Assembly: GCA_963740315.1 (NCBI GenBank)
Contig: CAVUDP010000002.1
Span: 480,001 to 544,000, forward strand
Source: an uncultured cyanobacterium
GTDB taxonomy: Bacteria; Cyanobacteriota; Cyanobacteriia; Cyanobacteriales; Nostocaceae
Length of the DNA stretch: 64,000 bases
Reading direction: 5' to 3'
Part shown: piece after piece, positions 40,464 through 49,291 of the stretch
How positions within the stretch are numbered: position 1 is the first letter of the stretch
How the letters are laid out: every line of letters begins with the position of its first letter
Position numbers and translations under genes: made by a program
The notes under the pieces: generated by a model
Told to the model about the DNA's origin: nothing
What the model saw: only the letters and a program-made list of their open reading frames with translations
The model's database searches: none

Positions 40464-40607
40464 TTTTGGGAGGATTTTAGTGATAATTAAGAATTATAAT
40501 AAACCGCAGAGACGCTGAGTACGCAGAGGGAAGAGGTTTAAGAGAGTTTTTTTGTAGGGTGTGTTATCGCGCAGCGTAACGCACCATGATATTTATTTGT
40601 TTGAAAA

Positions 40608-41216
40608 TCAATCCAACCCATCACGCACTATCCATACTAAAGTTCCTAATAATTGTTCTACTGGCAAAATTCTGTGTTCGGTAAAATCAATTGTAACTAT
40701 ATCTTCTTCTAATTTCAAAAAACTCCATAAATTCCCATTAGTAATGCTTCCATAGACAATCGATATTGATTCATCATTTTTCTGGTTAAATTTCTGGGCT
40801 GCAACCATTTGTGCAATACATTGTCCTAACACATCTTTGAAATTTTCTTTTTTCGCTTCTATTATTACTAATGCTGGCGCTTCAATAAATAATTGTTCCG
40901 GAGAAAGACTAACGATAAAATCACAAATTCCTGTCAGTCCTAAGTTTTTATCGATGTCAAATTCTTCACCTGAAAAAAAGCTGATTTCTTTATTTAAAAG
41001 CTTTCGTAATTCAAATAAAATCGGACTAATAATCAGTTCGGAACGTGCTTTTCCCGAACCCATTGCAATAGCTAAAGGTATACTTTCTTCTAAAAATTCT
41101 GCTATGTAAGGACTTGGTAAAACAGGTTCAACTTCTGGAAGAAAATTTTCATCTCCAACCAGTGTTAAATCAAATGTATCTTTGACTTTTGAAATATCGA
41201 AATCTTTGTAAGGCAT
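40608..41216 (-). CDS. Hypothetical PD-(D/E)XK-like protein (HsdR N-terminal-like family)
   Basis: KARSELIISPILFE, GICDFIVS, IIEAKKEN, GQCIAQMVAA, YGSITNGNLWSF. Confidence 0.75.
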   Translation of the reverse strand: MPYKDFDISKVKDTFDLTLVGDENFLPEVEPVLPSPYIAEFLEESIPLAIAMGSGKARSELIISPILFELRKLLNKEISFFSGEEFDIDKNLGLTGICDFIVSLSPEQLFIEAPALVIIEAKKENFKDVLGQCIAQMVAAQKFNQKNDESISIVYGSITNGNLWSFLKLEEDIVTIDFTEHRILPVEQLLGTLVWIVRDGLD

Positions 41217-41389
41217 AAATTGTATATCTATCTATCTTAATGCTGACTTGATTAAAAATATTAGGATTAGCTCAAAACTAATAAGTCGTCAGGCAAATAT
41301 TATTTATATCATGTACTATTAATGTATTAATATCAAATTATTTTGTCACTACGACCTAAATATGGTTTATTAATACAAAGTAAAAAGCT

Positions 41390-42049
41390 ATGGCTCAAGC
41401 AATACCTAAACTAATAACTTTTGAAGAATTTATTGATTGGTATCCAAATACAGGGATACGTTATGAATTACGTGATGGGGTAATAGTCAAGATGGCACCA
41501 CCAACCGGAAACCATGAAAAAGTTGTAGGATTTATAGCACGTAAGCTAACAGTGGAATTTGACAGACTTGATTTACCTTACACTATACCTAAAACTGCGT
41601 TTGTCAAACCTGAATCGGCGGATTCTGCTTATTCACCTGATGTTTTATTATTGAATCTTGATAATTTAGATAACGAACCACTTTGGAACAAAGAATCTAC
41701 AGTTTCTCAACTTGCATCAATTCCATTATTAGTTGAGGTTGTAAGTACGGCACTTGCTACAACGGAGGGAACCTCCGCAACGCAGTGCCTTACTAACTGG
41801 CGCGATGATTATTACAAGAAGCTCGCTGACTACGAGGAAATGGGTATTCCAGAGTATTGGATTGCCGATTACGCAGCTCTAGGAGGGAAAAAATTTATCG
41901 GCAATCCGAAACAACCTACCATTTTTGTATGCGAACTTGTTAATGGTGAATATAGCTTTAATCAGTTTCGAGGTGACAACAAAATTATTTCCCCTACCTT
42001 TCCTCAGCTAAATTTAACCGCTCAACAGATTTTTGATGCACCAATTTAA
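41390..42049 (+). CDS. Uma2 (DUF820) family putative endonuclease with a 15-codon in-frame insertion
   Basis: RYELRDG, YSPDV, VEVVST[insert]NWRDDY, GIPEYWIAD. Confidence 0.9.
   Translation: MAQAIPKLITFEEFIDWYPNTGIRYELRDGVIVKMAPPTGNHEKVVGFIARKLTVEFDRLDLPYTIPKTAFVKPESADSAYSPDVLLLNLDNLDNEPLWNKESTVSQLASIPLLVEVVSTALATTEGTSATQCLTNWRDDYYKKLADYEEMGIPEYWIADYAALGGKKFIGNPKQPTIFVCELVNGEYSFNQFRGDNKIISPTFPQLNLTAQQIFDAPI
41749..41793. mobile_element. 42-bp structured small dispersed repeat plus 3-bp TAC duplication, inserted in the Uma2 gene
   Basis: GGCACT...AGTGCC outer stem and CGGAGG-GAA-CCTCCG inner stem; intergenic relative at 46572-46612. Confidence 0.8.
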
Positions 42050-42102
42050 TTCAATGTTAGTTGTTAGTTGTTACTCATAACTCATAACTCATAACTCATA
42101 AC

Positions 42103-43878
42103 TCATAACTTCTTCTTCCTCCCTCTCCCTTTCTCTTCCCCCTGACGATGAGTTGCTGCTTGCGCTAATAAAGAATCGGCGAAAGCTACTGCGTCAATGG
42201 CTGACTTTCCACCAGCTAACTGCGCTAATTCATCCCGTCGTTTATCTAAGTTATCTAAAGCCGTAATCCTCACCACGGTGCGTTCTTCCCCATGTCCGTT
42301 GTCTTCTTTTTTACCTTTTAACTGATTAATTACTTGTTTATTAACGTGAAAATGCTTGTCTGCCATTGCCGCTACTAATGGTTGGTGAGTAACGCACAAT
42401 ACCTGAAGCTGCAAACTTAATTGATGCAATTTTTCCGCGATCGTTTGCGCTACTCTACCGGAAACACCGACATCGATTTCGTCAAATACCATTGTTCCGG
42501 GGCTGTCTGAAGCTGAAAAAGTAGCTTTCAACGCCAGCAAAAAGCGGCTCATTTCACCACCAGAAGCAGTTTGCGACAGCGGTTGCAGCGGTTCACCCGG
42601 ATTCGGGCTGAATAAAAAGCCGATCTTATCGCTTCCGTTTGCAGTCGGGGGAATGGGTGCTATTTCAACTTTAAATTGCACTTTGTCCATTGCTAAGGGT
42701 TTGAGTTCCCTAATAATTTGCGCTTCTAATAAAGCAGCTGTAGCGCTACGCAATTTGGTTAAATCGCTGCACTCAGAATTAAGTTTCTTTAAAAATTCTT
42801 GCTCTTGTTTTTCTAAGGTTTCAATGGATTTTTCACCATCGTTGAGTTCGTCTAACTGCGCTTGAATGCTGTTGTAATGTTCGATAACTTCAGCCAGCGA
42901 CGGTCCATATTTGCGGCAAATATGCTTTAATTCCCGAATTCTTTCTTCTACCTCATCCAATCTTTGGGGATCTGCCTCCAATGCGTCCCCATAAGCGTTC
43001 ATTTGCCGCGCTACTTCCGTAACTGCTCCCAAAGCATCCCTAATTAATTCCAACAGTGGCTGCAATTCCTCGGTGTCGAATTCCACCATATTCATTAACG
43101 TAGCTTCGCTACTTCCGAGCAAGTCTGTAGCTGTAGAACCTCCACCGTCACTTTGATACAAATCTTGGTATACGTTGTAACTCATCTGTTGCAGTTCAAC
43201 AACATGATTGAGGCGTTCTTGCTCTTGCAAAAGCTTTTCTAATTCGTTGGGTTCCTCAAGATTAGCCTCTCCCAATTCTTTAGCTTGATAAGTTAATAGA
43301 TCGAGTTTTTGTAAACGTTCTCGTTCCGAAGTGCGACGGCGTTCCAACTTTAAATGCGCTTCGTGATAGCGACTGAAAGCCGCAGCCACAAACGATCGCT
43401 GCTTGATTATCACATCCCCACCATAGGAATCCAACCAGTTGCGAACCTGTGTAGATTGCCCTACCAATACGTTTTGTCCTTGGGCGGTGATTTCCACCAA
43501 GCGTTCCCGCAAACTGTTCATTAACTGACGATTTACCAGAACACCATTCACCCGCGATCGACTGCGGATATTACTAGTATTGGCAGTAATTTCACGACTT
43601 ATAACTACTGAATTTTCATCAAGTAGATCGATTTCCTGCTCGGTTAACCAACCAGCCAAAGCAGAATTAGAACTAAAAGTACCTTCAATAACTGCTCGTT
43701 TGCTGCCAGTGCGAATTACGCGACTAGAGACTTTTCCACCCAAAACAGCATCGATCGCATCAAGAATAATCGATTTACCAGCGCCAGTTTCACCCGTAAG
43801 TACATTTAACCCAGCACCGAATTCTAAATCTAATTTGTCAATTAAGGCAAAATTTTCTATATAAAGGGAGAGCAACAT
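42103..43878 (-). CDS. recN: DNA repair protein RecN
   Basis: LTGETGAGKS, ASGGEMSRFLLALK, VFDEIDVGVSG, CVTHQP. Confidence 0.97.
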   Translation of the reverse strand: MLLSLYIENFALIDKLDLEFGAGLNVLTGETGAGKSIILDAIDAVLGGKVSSRVIRTGSKRAVIEGTFSSNSALAGWLTEQEIDLLDENSVVISREITANTSNIRSRSRVNGVLVNRQLMNSLRERLVEITAQGQNVLVGQSTQVRNWLDSYGGDVIIKQRSFVAAAFSRYHEAHLKLERRRTSERERLQKLDLLTYQAKELGEANLEEPNELEKLLQEQERLNHVVELQQMSYNVYQDLYQSDGGGSTATDLLGSSEATLMNMVEFDTEELQPLLELIRDALGAVTEVARQMNAYGDALEADPQRLDEVEERIRELKHICRKYGPSLAEVIEHYNSIQAQLDELNDGEKSIETLEKQEQEFLKKLNSECSDLTKLRSATAALLEAQIIRELKPLAMDKVQFKVEIAPIPPTANGSDKIGFLFSPNPGEPLQPLSQTASGGEMSRFLLALKATFSASDSPGTMVFDEIDVGVSGRVAQTIAEKLHQLSLQLQVLCVTHQPLVAAMADKHFHVNKQVINQLKGKKEDNGHGEERTVVRITALDNLDKRRDELAQLAGGKSAIDAVAFADSLLAQAATHRQGEEKGRGRKKKL

Positions 43879-44048
43879 TCAGATTTATTCTCCGTTAAGG
43901 CAGACGCGGAATACGATAACAGTTTGGGATACTAGAAATTGTTCCCATCAAAACTCATTCACCAACGTACAAGTGTACCAAACTTAGTTTAAAAGGTTAA
44001 AGGTCTGCATGTCAAAGGTCAAAGGTAATAACTTTTGAGAAATACACT

Positions 44049-44250
44049 GAGATGGGGAGATGGGGAGACAAGGGGAGATAGGGTTCGGGGGAGATGGGGA
44101 GATGGGGAGATGGGGTTGGGGGAGATAGGGTTCGGGGGAGATGGGTAATTTAATAGCGAGCTTTCCGGCGATCGCTACTCTATACTGCTAACTCTTCACC
44201 TTTGACCTTTAACCTTTAACCTTTAACCTTTAACCTTTGACCTTTGACCT
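44049..44250. repeat. STRR arrays (GGGGAGAT; ACCTTTA/ACCTTTG)
   Basis: Tandem 7-9-mers. Confidence 0.85.
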
Positions 44251-44316
44251 AATGAGTTACACTGATGAAAGCGATTGTTACAATACTTAACGTTTGAACT
44301 GCCGTGGGATAATTTC

Positions 44317-46314
44317 ATGAATACCAAGATAGTTCCTCCAGCCACACCACAAGAGACAAAATTAGTGCTTGCAGATAAAGTAGATACCACTATTGTTGAG
44401 TTACCAGCTTCTTTACCAGCCCGAAAGAATAGTCTGTTGGAAGCGACAACGAGCGAACATTTAGGATTGCGTTACAATGCTTTGGAAATTGCAGCGCATT
44501 ATCGAAGAAGACCTTTTGAGGTTTGGGGGCGTATATTTACGGTTTTGGCTCCGGCGATCGGCTTTGCTTTGGGCGTGTGGTGGGATAGAAAACTTGGTAA
44601 AAAGGTAAAAACTGACCGCCGTCGCGCCGTTCAATTGCGAGAAATGCTGACAAGGTTGGGACCGGCTTATATTAAAATCGGACAGGCTTTGTCTACAAGA
44701 CCGGATTTGGTTCCTCCGGTGTATTTAGAAGAATTTACTCAGCTACAAGATAAGTTACCACCTTTTCCCAACGAACTTGCTTATCAATTCATTGAAGAAG
44801 AACTCGGTGCGCGTCCGGAAGAAATTTATACCGACTTAACACCAGATCCAATTGCCGCAGCTTCTTTAGGACAAGTTTATAGAGGTAAGTTAAAAAGTAC
44901 TGGTGAAGAAGTCGCCGTTAAAGTTCAACGTCCCGACTTGCGCGAACGTATAACTATTGACTTATATATCCTGCGCCGATTGGCAGCTTGGGGACAAAAA
45001 GCCATCAGGCAGGTGCGAAGCGACCTAGTAGGTATTCTCGATGAATTAGGCGAGCGTATCTTTGAGGAGATGGATTACGTAAACGAAGGCGAAAATGCCG
45101 AGCGTTTTTTCCAACTTTACGGTCATCTAAAAGACGTATACGTACCGAAAATTTACTGGGAATATACCAATCGTCGCGTATTGACGATGGAGTGGATTAA
45201 CGGACTTAAATTAACTCAAGTACAAGAAATCGCCGCTTTAGGTATAGATGCTCGTTATTTAGTAGAAGTAGGGGTTCAATGTTCCTTACGTCAATTATTA
45301 GAACATGGATTTTTCCACGCAGATCCACACCCCGGTAATTTATTAGCTACCCCAGATGGAAAATTAGCTTATCTCGACTTCGGGATGATGAGCGAGATTC
45401 AGCCACAGCAACGTTACGGTTTAATTGAGGCGATCGTTCACGTTGTCAACCGCGATTTTGACGCATTGGCACACGACTACGTTAAGTTAGATTTTTTAAC
45501 ACCAGATGTTGATTTAACCCCAATTATTCCGGCATTCTCTAGAGTATTCGCCGATGCTCAAGGTGCTTCCGTTGCCGATTTAAATATCAAAACCATCACC
45601 GATGATTTATCAAATTTAATGTATGAATATCCCTTCCGCGTACCTCCTTATTACGCTTTGATTATTCGTTCTTTGGTAACATTAGAAGGTGTAGCAATAT
45701 ATATCGATCCCAGTTTTAAAGTTCTCAGCGAAGCATATCCTTATGTTTCCAAAAGATTATTAACCGATCCATCACCAGAATTAAGAGCATCATTAAAAGA
45801 TTTACTATTTAAAGACGGTCGTTTTCGCTGGAATCGTTTAGAAAACTTGTTAAAGAATGCTCGTAATTCTTCAGATTATGATTCTAGCGATGCATTAAAT
45901 CAAGGATTAGAATTCTTAGCATCCGAGCGCGGTGCTTTTATTCGTACTAAGTTAGTAGATGAGTTATTCAAAGGAGTCGATGCAGTAAGTAGAAACGTAA
46001 TGCACAACTTTACTCATTTATTAAGAGAAAGAGTTGGAGTTACTGCGATTACCGAAACCCCCGGCGCATCTACTGAAGAACAGCAAACCTTAGAACATAT
46101 CAAGAATATCATCCAAATTCTGCAAGAAGGCGGTAATTTTGATACATCAAAAGCGATCGAACAAATTAGCAAACTTGTAGTTAATCCCAACGTGCAACTT
46201 TTAGGACAAAGAATTGCTTCTCAAGTCGCGCAAAAAGCAGTAGCAAGAGTGTTGAGAGAATTACTGGTGACAGAAGAAGTTGAAAGCAAGCAGTTACCAG
46301 CAGGAGGTTTGTAG
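44317..46314 (+). CDS. ABC1/AarF/UbiB family atypical protein kinase
   Basis: LGPAYIKIGQALSTRPD, AAASLGQVY, VAVKVQRP, FFHADPHPGN, LDFGMM. Confidence 0.95.
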   Translation: MNTKIVPPATPQETKLVLADKVDTTIVELPASLPARKNSLLEATTSEHLGLRYNALEIAAHYRRRPFEVWGRIFTVLAPAIGFALGVWWDRKLGKKVKTDRRRAVQLREMLTRLGPAYIKIGQALSTRPDLVPPVYLEEFTQLQDKLPPFPNELAYQFIEEELGARPEEIYTDLTPDPIAAASLGQVYRGKLKSTGEEVAVKVQRPDLRERITIDLYILRRLAAWGQKAIRQVRSDLVGILDELGERIFEEMDYVNEGENAERFFQLYGHLKDVYVPKIYWEYTNRRVLTMEWINGLKLTQVQEIAALGIDARYLVEVGVQCSLRQLLEHGFFHADPHPGNLLATPDGKLAYLDFGMMSEIQPQQRYGLIEAIVHVVNRDFDALAHDYVKLDFLTPDVDLTPIIPAFSRVFADAQGASVADLNIKTITDDLSNLMYEYPFRVPPYYALIIRSLVTLEGVAIYIDPSFKVLSEAYPYVSKRLLTDPSPELRASLKDLLFKDGRFRWNRLENLLKNARNSSDYDSSDALNQGLEFLASERGAFIRTKLVDELFKGVDAVSRNVMHNFTHLLRERVGVTAITETPGASTEEQQTLEHIKNIIQILQEGGNFDTSKAIEQISKLVVNPNVQLLGQRIASQVAQKAVARVLRELLVTEEVESKQLPAGGL

Positions 46315-46856
46315 TAAGTGGGTGTGCAAAATTAATTGTGTCATTACGAGCGACAGCGAAGTAATCTCAAAGTGTTGCGATTGCTACCCTTCGGGAAAGC
46401 TTTCAGCTAACATTTCACTTCGTTCGACTTGCAATGACAAATACACAATTAATTTTGCCTAAGTACTTAGTAGGTTGGGTTAGACGCACGAATAATTTTG
46501 ATGATTAACCAAGAAGTTTGATGCGTCGTAACCCAACATTTATCAGAATACCGGGCGCTTTGTTACCGCACGCCATTTGCTACAACGGGGGAAACCCCCG
46601 CAAGGCAATGGCTCATCTACACAAGCAAAACCCACCGTGACAGGGGTTATTTTTGTGGTTTTTTATATTATCAATCTATTAAAATTCGCATCTTGTACCA
46701 TTCTCAATAACTAACCGCCTTGGAATAAATTCCCAGGCTTATAGCCGAAGTCGTCTAAAGACGACTGAGTTTGTAATTTGTAGATTGGGATTATGCACGA
46801 ATTATTTATTATTTACAAAGAAGTTTGATGCGTCGTAACCCAACATTACTTTATTA
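46315..46856. repeat. Cluster of at least five different small repeat/MITE-like elements between convergent genes
   Basis: TAAGT-shell element 46315-46469 with nested insert; two GTAG...GTAACCCAAC copies (~46470 and ~46780); structured repeat at 46572; CATCTTGTACCA element at ~46689. Confidence 0.75.
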
Positions 46857-47285
46857 TCATTCCAACGAAGCCGAAGACTCAGCAAAAACCTCTTCACCCG
46901 TCATATTTTTAGTTTTATTTGCAAAGCTGTAAAAAGACGGCTTCTCATCAATAAAAATTTGTAGTTCGAGAACAAAATTTTCATCATCATCGAGCAAGCC
47001 AGCAGGAATTGCATAATAATTTGCTGCTTTTAAACGGTAGAAAAGATGGGTTCCGCACTTACTACAAAATCCGCGCTCTGCCCATTCAGAAGAGTTGAAG
47101 ACAGATATATTTTCATTACCTTCAAAATTCACATCACCTCCGCATTGAATCGCAAGTAAAGGACCACCCGTCCATTTTCTACACATATTGCAGTGACAAA
47201 CGTCTACATTATTACTTTTCGTTTTTACTGAAACCTTTACCGCACCACAAAGACAACTTCCTTGTTTTTCAAGTTCGTTTGTCAT
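46857..47285 (-). CDS. GFA/CENP-V family protein
   Basis: GSCLCGAV, CHCNMCRKWTG, RGFCSKCGT; ATG at 47285 with AGGAG RBS. Confidence 0.93.
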   Translation of the reverse strand: MTNELEKQGSCLCGAVKVSVKTKSNNVDVCHCNMCRKWTGGPLLAIQCGGDVNFEGNENISVFNSSEWAERGFCSKCGTHLFYRLKAANYYAIPAGLLDDDENFVLELQIFIDEKPSFYSFANKTKNMTGEEVFAESSASLE

Positions 47286-47544
47286 GTTTTTCTCCTCTAA
47301 CTGCATAACTATATTATTAGTTTTGGGATGAATAAAATCTTTTTGTAAGAAAAATATATTGAGGAATGACGAAATGAGCCTTATTTTTTATTTATGTTTA
47401 TAGAAATAATTATTATATAGATAGTTTGATAAAATAACTAAATATTAAGTTTCGTCAGTGTCAACAGTCAGATTGTCCAGCAAATGCGACAATATATCAA
47501 ATATTTTACCAAGAAGTTCTTTATATTTTAGATGGTGAGCAACA

Positions 47545-47778
47545 ATGTTAAAGTCAGTTGAAGGAATTTATAAAGACGGAAAAATAGTGTTATCAGAATT
47601 ACCATCTGACGTTACTCAAAGCAATGTAATTGTAACTTTTCTAGAGTCAACACCAGTTCAGCCAACTTCACAAATTATGTCTTTTGGAATGTTTGCTGGT
47701 TTAAATCAGTCAACAGAAGAAGATTTTAAAGTAGCTGAATTTTGTGGTGATGTTGATAATAATTTAGATTGGTCGTAA
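47545..47778 (+). CDS. Antitoxin (AF2212/DUF104-like) of a type II TA pair
   Basis: VEGIYKDGKIVL N-terminus; immediately upstream of the PIN gene. Confidence 0.75.
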   Translation: MLKSVEGIYKDGKIVLSELPSDVTQSNVIVTFLESTPVQPTSQIMSFGMFAGLNQSTEEDFKVAEFCGDVDNNLDWS

Positions 47779-48183
47779 ATGGTAATGAAATATGTTATAG
47801 ATACTCATGCGTTAATTTGGTTTCTTGAAGGCAACTCGCGCTTAGGAAGTAATGCTAAAACAATACTTTCAGATCCCGATAGTAAGTTAATTTTACCTGT
47901 AACTGCATTCGCTGAAGCTGTTTGGATTGTCGAACGAGGGAAAGCATCAATACCTAATGCAAATGCGTTAGTTACAGTTCTCAATACAGATTCAAGAATT
48001 ACTGTATATCCCCTAGACGTTAATATTGTCGAGTTAACAATTAACTTATCTGCAATAAATGAAATGCATGACAGGCAAATTGTAGCAACTACGCTTTTTT
48101 TGAAAAACCAAGGCGAAACAGTAGCTTTAGTGACTTGCGACCAAAATATTACCCTATCGAATTTAGTAACAATTATTTGGTGA
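47779..48183 (+). CDS. vapC: PIN-domain VapC family toxin
   Basis: YVIDTHALIW, EAVW, HDRQIVAT, LVTCD. Confidence 0.88.
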   Translation: MVMKYVIDTHALIWFLEGNSRLGSNAKTILSDPDSKLILPVTAFAEAVWIVERGKASIPNANALVTVLNTDSRITVYPLDVNIVELTINLSAINEMHDRQIVATTLFLKNQGETVALVTCDQNITLSNLVTIIW

Positions 48184-48216
48184 TTATTGCTTTATAACCT
48201 AACATTTTCTTATTAA

Positions 48217-48954
48217 TTATTCAAACTTTGATAATCTTTCACCGTGAGAAGCGTAAACACTATATCCATCCGCAAATTGAATCGCGGGTTGATCTTCACC
48301 GTGTAATTTATGTTGCTCATCAAAAGTAAGTATAGAAGGGCGATAGCGAAGCGCTGCTGCAAGCAGATCGCACACCACGCAAAGTTCTTGATAAGAAGCT
48401 ATCCACCCGCAGTTATTAACGATTGCTTGAAAAGTTTGCCAAATTTGGGAATTGCAATTGTAATTTAATTCAGAAACGCAAAAATCTAACCAAGCCATGT
48501 ATCTACAGATAGTATCTGGCTGTATGTTACCCGGCTCAAATTCATCGGGAATTATAAGATACTCGTTTGGTTGTTCATCGCATTCCTCTAAGTCTTCTGT
48601 AATTATTTCATGTATATCATCAGTTTGCAGCCATATTTGACGATCGCATTTATCATCTGGTGGAACAATAAGATAATATCTTAACTTTTCCCAAAGTCTA
48701 TCAATCATATCATCATCATCAAGTTCCGAGCAGCCTATTTCATCGCATAATTTATCAAGCGCTACAACAGCAGCATAAGGGCTATCAAAAAAGAATATTT
48801 GTGGTTGTGGTTCGTCAATTAATGTATATGCTGTTTTTATTGCTGCTTCTGCTTTCTCGCGGTTAATTGGCTGGGTTGAAAAAGCAACTTTTCGCCACTT
48901 TTCTAAATAATTTAAAAATAAAGCTTCTTGATGTGGAGTTAATTTTTCAGTCAT
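48217..48954 (-). CDS. DUF6745-like domain protein with an 8-codon in-frame insertion
   Basis: LTPHQEAL...EKWRKVAFST, CGWIASY, VVCD[insert]RP, KLHGEDQPAIQFADGYSVYASHG. Confidence 0.75.
   Translation of the reverse strand: MTEKLTPHQEALFLNYLEKWRKVAFSTQPINREKAEAAIKTAYTLIDEPQPQIFFFDSPYAAVVALDKLCDEIGCSELDDDDMIDRLWEKLRYYLIVPPDDKCDRQIWLQTDDIHEIITEDLEECDEQPNEYLIIPDEFEPGNIQPDTICRYMAWLDFCVSELNYNCNSQIWQTFQAIVNNCGWIASYQELCVVCDLLAAALRYRPSILTFDEQHKLHGEDQPAIQFADGYSVYASHGERLSKFE
48340..48371. mobile_element. 24-bp small dispersed repeat inserted into a HIP1 site
   Basis: GCGATAGCGAAGCGCTGCTGCAAGCAGATCGC; removing 24 nt restores GCGATCGC and the CDRP reading. Confidence 0.75.
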
Positions 48955-48981
48955 TTTAAATAAACACACATTTCGTAAGAA

Positions 48982-49258
48982 GATCCCCCTAAATCCCCGC
49001 TGAGTTGGGGGACTTTAACTCCAATCCCCCCCCTTAGAAAGGGGGGTTAGGGGGGATCGAAACGTTACGGGGCACCTTTAGAAGACTTGTATAGGACTCA
49101 CATTTGATTTTTGAAAAATACGTAGGGTGTGTTGTCGCGGAGCGCAACGCACCATCCTGTCTTATGTTGGTGCGTTAGGCTGAAGCCATAACGCACCCTA
49201 CAAATACCTAATTTTATTCAAAATTCAAACCGGATTCCTATATGTACACCGTAGCCTT
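48982..49258. mobile_element. Nested repeats: GATCCCCC.../TACACCGTAGCC element interrupted by a 149-bp TA-flanked MITE (49092-49240) that contains a GTAGGGTG...CACCCTAC REPIN-like pair
   Basis: TAGGA...TTTGATTTTTGAA / TTCAAAATTCAAA...TCCTA imperfect TIRs; TA at 49090-91 and 49241-42. Confidence 0.7.
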
Positions 49259-49291
49259 TGAAATTAACTGATAATTGATAATTGATAATTG

